Positions 33,190-38,230 of a DNA stretch of 38,230 bases are shown here, one piece after another. The position numbers and the translations under genes were made by a program. The DNA lies in NCBI GenBank assembly GCA_001724265.1, contig MEDY01000342.1:1-38230 (forward strand), given 5' to 3'. This stretch comes from Rhizaria sp. SCN 62-66 (Eukaryota). Numbering within the stretch: position 1 is the stretch's first letter; every line of letters begins with the position of its first letter. The notes beneath the pieces are model-generated. The model ran no database searches and was not told the DNA's origin. It saw only the letters and a program-made list of their open reading frames with translations.

Positions 33190-35841
33190 ATGAGCAAGAG
33201 CAACGGTAACAACGTCGTAGCGCTCTGTCTCTTCGCGCTCCTCTGCTTCTTCCTCGCTGCGACGCCCGCGTCCGCGATCGACTCGTCGACGCCGATCCAG
33301 CTGCACGACCTGTCCCCGCGCGACGTTTGGGCCTCGCGCCCCACGACGCTCACGCTCACCGGCCGCGGCTTCCTCGCGCAGGGCGTCGCCGACATCACCA
33401 TCAACCTGGGCTCGGTCACAACCTTCTGCGGCTCTGTCTCCGTCGTCAGTAACACCAGCCTTACGTGCCTCACGCCCGTGCTTGCCGTCAACGAGACCAC
33501 CACCCTCTACGTCTCGATCAACTACAACTACACCGAGCCCGAGCCAAGTAGTTCTAGTGCGACTCTGGGCGCTGACGCGTACGCGGACGTGAGCCCCGTC
33601 GACTTGACCGTTGCCGTGGCCACCATCACGGACGTGCTGCCCTCGACGCTGCCGCGTTCGGCTGTGTCGCCCCTGGTGCGGCTTCTGCTGCCGCGTCTGG
33701 TGCCCGCCGCGCCGGCCAACCTATCCGCGGCGTACTCGGCCACGCTCGCCAACGTGGCCGCCGCCGTGGTCGCCGTCGAGACGGCCACCAACGGCGCCGG
33801 GTATCTGCTCCTGCGGCCCGGCACGGCCACGGACGCGCAGGCGGGTGTTGCGGGCGACGTCGTGGTCAACTACGACGGCTCGCTGCTCGTCGTCAAGGCG
33901 CAGGCCTTCACCTTCCTCTCAGGCACTATGGCCGCGCCCGCCGTCGCGCTCGCGTACCCCAGCTGGGCCTTCGCGCAGTTCAGCGTCAACAGCAACGCCA
34001 ACGCCAACAGTGCTGCTTCAGTTGGTGACGACGTGGTGCAGGTGGTGGAGTTCCGCGGCACCAACCTCACCTTCGTGGCCACGATCAGTTTCGACGGTGG
34101 ACTGGGCGCCTGCGCGATCGACGCCGCCAAGCGTACTGCGACCTCGCTCTTCTGCACTATTCCCGTCTGCTTCGTCTCGGCCGTCACCAGCGCCAGCGCC
34201 GCCAGTGACGCTGACGGGGGGGTGGCGCTGACTCCCGTGTCGTCGTGCATCGGCAGCCGCGACGTGTCGTTCGCGGCCGCCGACGGGCGCGTGCTCACGA
34301 CGACGGTCTTCACGTACGTACCGCCGCCCGCGCTGGCGGCCGTATCGCCCGCCACTGCGCTGCCGGTGAACCTCGCACACCGCCTCGTGCTCACTGAGAA
34401 GTTCCTCTTCACCTCCGCGCTGTCCGGCTCCGACAGCAGCAGTCTGCGTGGGCTGCGCGTGGAAGTGGCGACGGGCGCAGTGCCCGGGCTGAGTCCCGAC
34501 GTGCCCATGGTGGTGAACCTCAACGGCGAGCCGTGCACGGCGGCCGACTTCGCGCTGGGCGCCGTCACGTGCACGCTGCCTGCCTGCGCTGCAGCCGAGG
34601 GCGACTGCGTGGGCGAGGGCGTCATCACCATCACCTACCCGCCGGAGCTGGGCGCGACGGAGACGTCAGCCGCGCCGCTGCTCATGTACACCTTCCCGAA
34701 CGTCACCTTCAAGCGCACGGCCGCCGTCGACGGGGTCGCTTTTTTCGGAACCACTCCGGGCAACGTGGAGATCGGCGACCTGGGGCAGATGACGCTGCAC
34801 GGGTTCGACTTCCTCGCCCTCGAAACCCTGGCCACGAACAACAACAACAGCAACGACGATGACAGTGGTGACGATGGGACAGCTGACGACGACGATGAGC
34901 TTCTCCCGGTGGCCGCTGCGGCGCTGGTGTCGACCGACTTCGGGCAGCCGCAGTCGCCCAATGTGTCGATCCCCTTCGCGCTCACGCGGGACGTCGCGGA
35001 CCGCGCGCTCTACGGCATCTTTTCCGCCTGCGCCACCGAGTCGCTCACGGCGGCGACGCGGTGTCCCGTGGGCGCCTACCACCTCGAGCTTTACAGCGCG
35101 GCGGACCCGGCGACCCGGACCGTGCTGCTATCGTCAGCTCCGCGCACCGTCGCTGTGGCGCACAACCCGGCGACGGGGCTGCAGTTCGGGCTCGCCTTCT
35201 CCATCTCGACCTCGATCCCCGACAAGGCGAAGTTCCTAGCCAAAGTCAACGAAGCCATCTGCACCGCCGTGGGCGTCATGCCGGCCACGCGCCTGCTGTC
35301 ATTCTCCTTCGCCAACTACATTGCGACCTTCAAGGTGCTGCCGCTGCCGCGCGGCGCCGCGCCGCTGCCCAGCGCCGTGGTTGAGGCCGTGCAGGCGCAG
35401 CTGCGGCTGCCCGGCTCGGCGCTGCGCAAGGCGCTGACGACGGTGCTACCGTCGCAGTTCATCGGGCCCTACGTCATCTCGCGCTGCAGCGACGCCGAGA
35501 CAGACGGGCAGTATGGCACCGAGTGCCCCGCGCCCGCGCCCGACACGGACGACGACGGCGACGACAGCGACGGCGAGGAGCTGGGCGTCAAGCGGCTATG
35601 GTACATCGGCGCCATTGTCTTCGTCGTGCTCGTGGTGCTGCTCGTGGGCGTGGTTGTGTACGACGCGCGCAAGGAACGCCGCACCGCGCACATCGTGCTG
35701 CGGGAGGAGCTGGAGGAGGAAGAGAGGGAGCTGGCGCTGATCCAGACCGCGTCCTCGTTCACGAACAGCAACGGCAACAACAGCTTTAATACTAATGGTG
35801 CTGGTTTGAGTCGGGTGCCATCAGGGTCGAGGTACTTCTGA
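33190..35841 (+). CDS. Type I membrane protein (~883 aa) with signal peptide and several IPT/TIG-like Ig folds
   Basis: Signal-like VVALCLFALLCFFLAATPASA. TIG-like patterns: LSPR...TLTLTGRGF...C...SNTSLTCLTP; VEFRGTNL...C...TATSLFCTIP; NGEPC...VTCTLP. Transmembrane helix LWYIGAIVFVVLVVLLVGVVVY (~35596-35661) followed by a basic ARKERR and a short tail. Alternative ATG at 33151. Confidence 0.8.
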   Translation: MSKSNGNNVVALCLFALLCFFLAATPASAIDSSTPIQLHDLSPRDVWASRPTTLTLTGRGFLAQGVADITINLGSVTTFCGSVSVVSNTSLTCLTPVLAVNETTTLYVSINYNYTEPEPSSSSATLGADAYADVSPVDLTVAVATITDVLPSTLPRSAVSPLVRLLLPRLVPAAPANLSAAYSATLANVAAAVVAVETATNGAGYLLLRPGTATDAQAGVAGDVVVNYDGSLLVVKAQAFTFLSGTMAAPAVALAYPSWAFAQFSVNSNANANSAASVGDDVVQVVEFRGTNLTFVATISFDGGLGACAIDAAKRTATSLFCTIPVCFVSAVTSASAASDADGGVALTPVSSCIGSRDVSFAAADGRVLTTTVFTYVPPPALAAVSPATALPVNLAHRLVLTEKFLFTSALSGSDSSSLRGLRVEVATGAVPGLSPDVPMVVNLNGEPCTAADFALGAVTCTLPACAAAEGDCVGEGVITITYPPELGATETSAAPLLMYTFPNVTFKRTAAVDGVAFFGTTPGNVEIGDLGQMTLHGFDFLALETLATNNNNSNDDDSGDDGTADDDDELLPVAAAALVSTDFGQPQSPNVSIPFALTRDVADRALYGIFSACATESLTAATRCPVGAYHLELYSAADPATRTVLLSSAPRTVAVAHNPATGLQFGLAFSISTSIPDKAKFLAKVNEAICTAVGVMPATRLLSFSFANYIATFKVLPLPRGAAPLPSAVVEAVQAQLRLPGSALRKALTTVLPSQFIGPYVISRCSDAETDGQYGTECPAPAPDTDDDGDDSDGEELGVKRLWYIGAIVFVVLVVLLVGVVVYDARKERRTAHIVLREELEEEERELALIQTASSFTNSNGNNSFNTNGAGLSRVPSGSRYF

Positions 35842-36406
35842 GCTCTCTCTCTCCACGAAGTGAAGGTTACGCTTCGTACTCAGAAAAAGGGCCAATTAAA
35901 TCAACTAACGCAAGCGCGCCGACTTTCCCCGTGTTTGTAGATTTACTATTATTGAGGCCGATAAGTTACAGTTAACGTATCGGCCTCATCATCGGGGTTA
36001 CTTCCACTTCCTTCATCACCCCTTCGTTATCATGGAAGTGTTTGTGAGGCACTCAGTTCAGCTTAAATTTAAGTTATCTAGTTTATACAATTTTCTTCTT
36101 TTTTATGACAGCTATCTCAACAAACGTTGAAGTAGAAATAATATTGAATCAGTAGGCCCCTTCAACTGCGATGCACTCACGTAACGCTTCCGAACCGCTC
36201 TGCGGATCCAACACCTAGTTCTAATGTTAAAATAATAATATAATGTACAATTATGACGGTTAAATAATCTAACGCATATAAAACAGCATAAAAATGAAGA
36301 TTCAATTCGAAACACGAAGAAATATGATTACAAATTAATAGTATAAGTAAATATAATTTGGCCCTGAATATCACGCAGTTCCATCAAACGAGCTGTTTCA
36401 GTAGAT

Positions 36407-36479
36407 GAGCCTGTGGTGCAGTGGTAGTCACGTTCGCTTCACACGCGAAAGGTCGTGGGTTCGATCCCCGCCGGGCTTA
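36407..36479 (+). tRNA. tRNA-Val (anticodon CAC)
   Basis: Cloverleaf: acceptor GAGCCTG/CGGGCTT, D arm GTG..AGTGGTAG..CAC, anticodon stem TTCGC/GCGAA with loop TT-CAC-AC, T arm GTGGG-TTCGATC-CCCGC, discriminator A; no encoded CCA. Confidence 0.95.
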
Positions 36480-36481
36480 TC

Positions 36482-36487
36482 TTTTTT
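36482..36487 (+). terminator. Pol III terminator (T6)
   Basis: T run 2 nt after the tRNA-Val(CAC) discriminator. Confidence 0.8.
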
Positions 36488-36914
36488 GCCCCCGCTCACC
36501 TTATTCGCTCCCGCTCACCTTAGCCCAATGCCAGCTCCACACCAGAGATCCGCTTTGCTTGGAGGTTCTTTTTTTTTTTTGCGTTCATTGCGCATCGGCG
36601 TCACCTCAACCATGCGCTCTTGCCTCATTGACGCTCCGCGGTGGCTTTTTGATCCTCATATTGGCGTGGACGCGCGGATTCGTGTCAACAGCTCACATGA
36701 CCTGAGTGTCTGTGAGCTCTGTGTGAAAGGAAGCAAAAAAGAACTTGCCAACCGACAGCAGAGTAGCAGAGTAGCAAGCACTCCAGCTTGTACTAGTACT
36801 AGTATCCAACGCTCTGGCAGTCTCTCAGGCGACCGCAAGCATGACTTGTTTGTGCGGCTGTGCAGCGGAGGAGCAAAAATAAGCCATGCGGTACGGGGTT
36901 GCAGCCAGGGGCAT

Positions 36915-36922
36915 AAAAAAAA
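36915..36922 (-). terminator. Pol III terminator (T8)
   Basis: A8 on the plus strand, 4 nt downstream of the minus-strand tRNA. Confidence 0.8.
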
Positions 36923-36926
36923 GAAA

Positions 36927-36998
36927 TAGACCTGATGGGAGTCGAACCCACTACCAATTCGGTGTTAACGAACTATGCAACCGATACACCACAAGTCT
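36927..36998 (-). tRNA. tRNA-Val (anticodon AAC), atypical D-loop/variable loop
   Basis: Reverse complement AGACTTG TG GTGT ATCGGTT GCAT A GTTCG TT-AAC-AC CGAAT TGGTA GTGGG TTCGACT CCCAT CAGGTCT A; all four stems pair (with G:U), B box intact, oligo-T follows. Confidence 0.85.
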
Positions 36999-37224
36999 GT
37001 TTTGAGAATCTATTCGATTCATGGTTGCGGCGACAAAAATTAGTGTATAGTAAGCTGAGCTTAACAATTTGTCTTGACAATCATGCATTGCATTTTGGTA
37101 CCAAATTTGTATTTGCAAGATCGGAAAATGTCAGAATATATGCAGTTCTTAAAGAAAAATGTTACTCGAAAACTATTAAATATTCGTAAATAACGTAACC
37201 GAAGTGACTCTGTGTATTTTACTA

Positions 37225-37247
37225 TTACTGAGTACTGTACTCAGTAA
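37225..37247. repeat. Inverted repeat/hairpin with 11-bp perfect arms
   Basis: ttactgagtac-t-gtactcagtaa, extendable by a few bp with a bulge. Confidence 0.85.
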
Positions 37248-37375
37248 ATACTACTAGATTGGGGGGCTAGGATTGGTTGAAGATCTAATGATGAATGATG
37301 AACATGTCGAAGACGGGGTAGTTGGTGATGTTGGTATTAGCGAGCCAATTCTTGCCCCTCGTGCTCGTGATCGGG

Positions 37376-38230
37376 TTACGTGCGAAACGTGGGAAGGCGG
37401 ACGTAGTTCCTGTCGACCACGAACAGCGTCATCTCGATCCGGCTGTGCTGATTCACGAGCTCGAGGGCAGTCGACGCGATCTTCACATCACAGATTATGT
37501 TGGACACGAAGGCGTTGTCTTTGTCCGGCGCGCCGGACGGGTTGTGCACGGGATTCCGAGTCTTGAGGTCGCCCCTGCAGGCGTTGAAGTCGCCAATGAC
37601 AACATGAGGCGCGCCCTTCAGTGATGCAATCATCGCGGGATACTGCGAAAGCTTTCGCTTGACCTCAACTGCCCCACGCTTCTTGCGGTGGCGCAGATGC
37701 ACGCCACACACGCGCGTGTTTCCGACCCGGACCGTGTGCCACCGCTCACCGAACGCGTGTGAATCGGCTAGAAGGCCCTTGCGCACGAACACGTGGACCG
37801 TGCACACCCGCTTCGTCCACCTGCGTTTCCTGTCAGCATCGGGGAGGATGAGCACGTAATTATTGGTCTCGAGAACATTAGCCGCAGCTTTACCCCCGAG
37901 CTCTGCCACCACAATCACGTCGGGCTTGAACTCTAAGACGAAGGGCAACATGAGACCACGCAGCTTCTTGGCTGCACTACGATACGGCTTGGGGTGGGAG
38001 CTGCCACCATTGTTCCAGTACAAGATCTTTCCAGGAGTGGTGGCTTGAATGGGGTGCTTTTTGACGATGTGACTCACACAACTGTTCTTGTGTTTGTACA
38101 CTTTGTCGCAAAGAGGACAATGGAACTTATTGTCCACGGGCTCCAAGGTCGCCATCCTCTGTTCAACCTGGTAGGAGACGAGGACCGCATCTGCTTGCCT
38201 TTGAGTCATTTTTCCTCTCTGGGTATGGGG
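37376..38230 (-). CDS. C2H2 zinc finger + EEP (APE/exonuclease III-like) endonuclease-family protein; possibly 5'-partial and probably mobile-element or virus derived
   Basis: FHCPLCDKVYKHKNSCVSHIVKKH (C2H2), then EEP motifs ILYWNNGG, KPDVIVVAE, VCGVHL, VVIGDFNA, DKDNAFVS and NQH (SDH equivalent). ATG at 38209, but the frame stays open to the edge (PHTQRGK-M). No homopolymeric amino-acid tracts and more balanced codon use than host genes. Confidence 0.75.
   Translation of the reverse strand, partial: PHTQRGKMTQRQADAVLVSYQVEQRMATLEPVDNKFHCPLCDKVYKHKNSCVSHIVKKHPIQATTPGKILYWNNGGSSHPKPYRSAAKKLRGLMLPFVLEFKPDVIVVAELGGKAAANVLETNNYVLILPDADRKRRWTKRVCTVHVFVRKGLLADSHAFGERWHTVRVGNTRVCGVHLRHRKKRGAVEVKRKLSQYPAMIASLKGAPHVVIGDFNACRGDLKTRNPVHNPSGAPDKDNAFVSNIICDVKIASTALELVNQHSRIEMTLFVVDRNYVRLPTFRT

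Noticed and set aside
157-35789. Numerous long antisense and alternate-frame ORFs in the track (e.g. 2346-4238+, 11037-12359-, 14493-16040-)
   Set aside because: They overlap well-supported genes and are expected shadows of GC-rich, triplet-repeat coding DNA (poly-L/C/R/V translations, no motifs).
1200-35841. Alternative genetic code (stop-codon reassignment)
   Set aside because: Conserved genes translate without internal stops under the standard code once introns are removed, and they end in TAA or TGA at compositional boundaries.
35927-35997. Hammerhead ribozyme on the minus strand (gatgatga-stem)
   Set aside because: The core would need CUGAUGA...GAAA; the sequence reads GAUGAUGA...UCAA.
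37225-37258. Canonical Helitron 3' end on the plus strand (hairpin then CTAG)
   Set aside because: CTAG is followed by A rather than T, and the implied element would extend leftward over tRNA genes with no 5' TC end or Rep/helicase evident; the hairpin is kept only as part of the endonuclease-cassette finding.
37376-38209. Intact LINE-type retrotransposon ORF2
   Set aside because: The ORF stops right after the EEP domain; no RT motifs or poly-A tail downstream.

Overview
Eukaryotic (protist-like) genomic DNA with GC-rich exons full of poly-Q/A/N/S tracts, separated by short AT-rich introns (GTACGT/GTATGT...YAG) and intergenic spacers. In order: a partial low-complexity gene (minus strand, runs off the left edge); a ~1900-aa minus-strand protein with an apparently unnamed ~65-aa helical repeat, one clear intron and one unexplained frame break; a divergent 4546-aa single-exon low-complexity protein hiding a probable split C2 domain; uracil-DNA glycosylase (UNG, 1 intron, PIP box); a 69-bp direct-repeat element; a greatly expanded PMS2/MutL-alpha endonuclease subunit; a class I histone deacetylase (4 exons); a type I membrane protein with IPT/TIG-like domains; two convergent tRNA-Val genes (CAC and an atypical AAC); and, at the right edge, a compositionally foreign C2H2-zinc-finger + EEP/APE-family endonuclease ORF followed by a palindrome, lying just upstream of a tRNA gene. 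Most short ORFs in the supplied track are shadow frames of GC-rich coding DNA. All family assignments come from motifs read by eye; no database searches were run.
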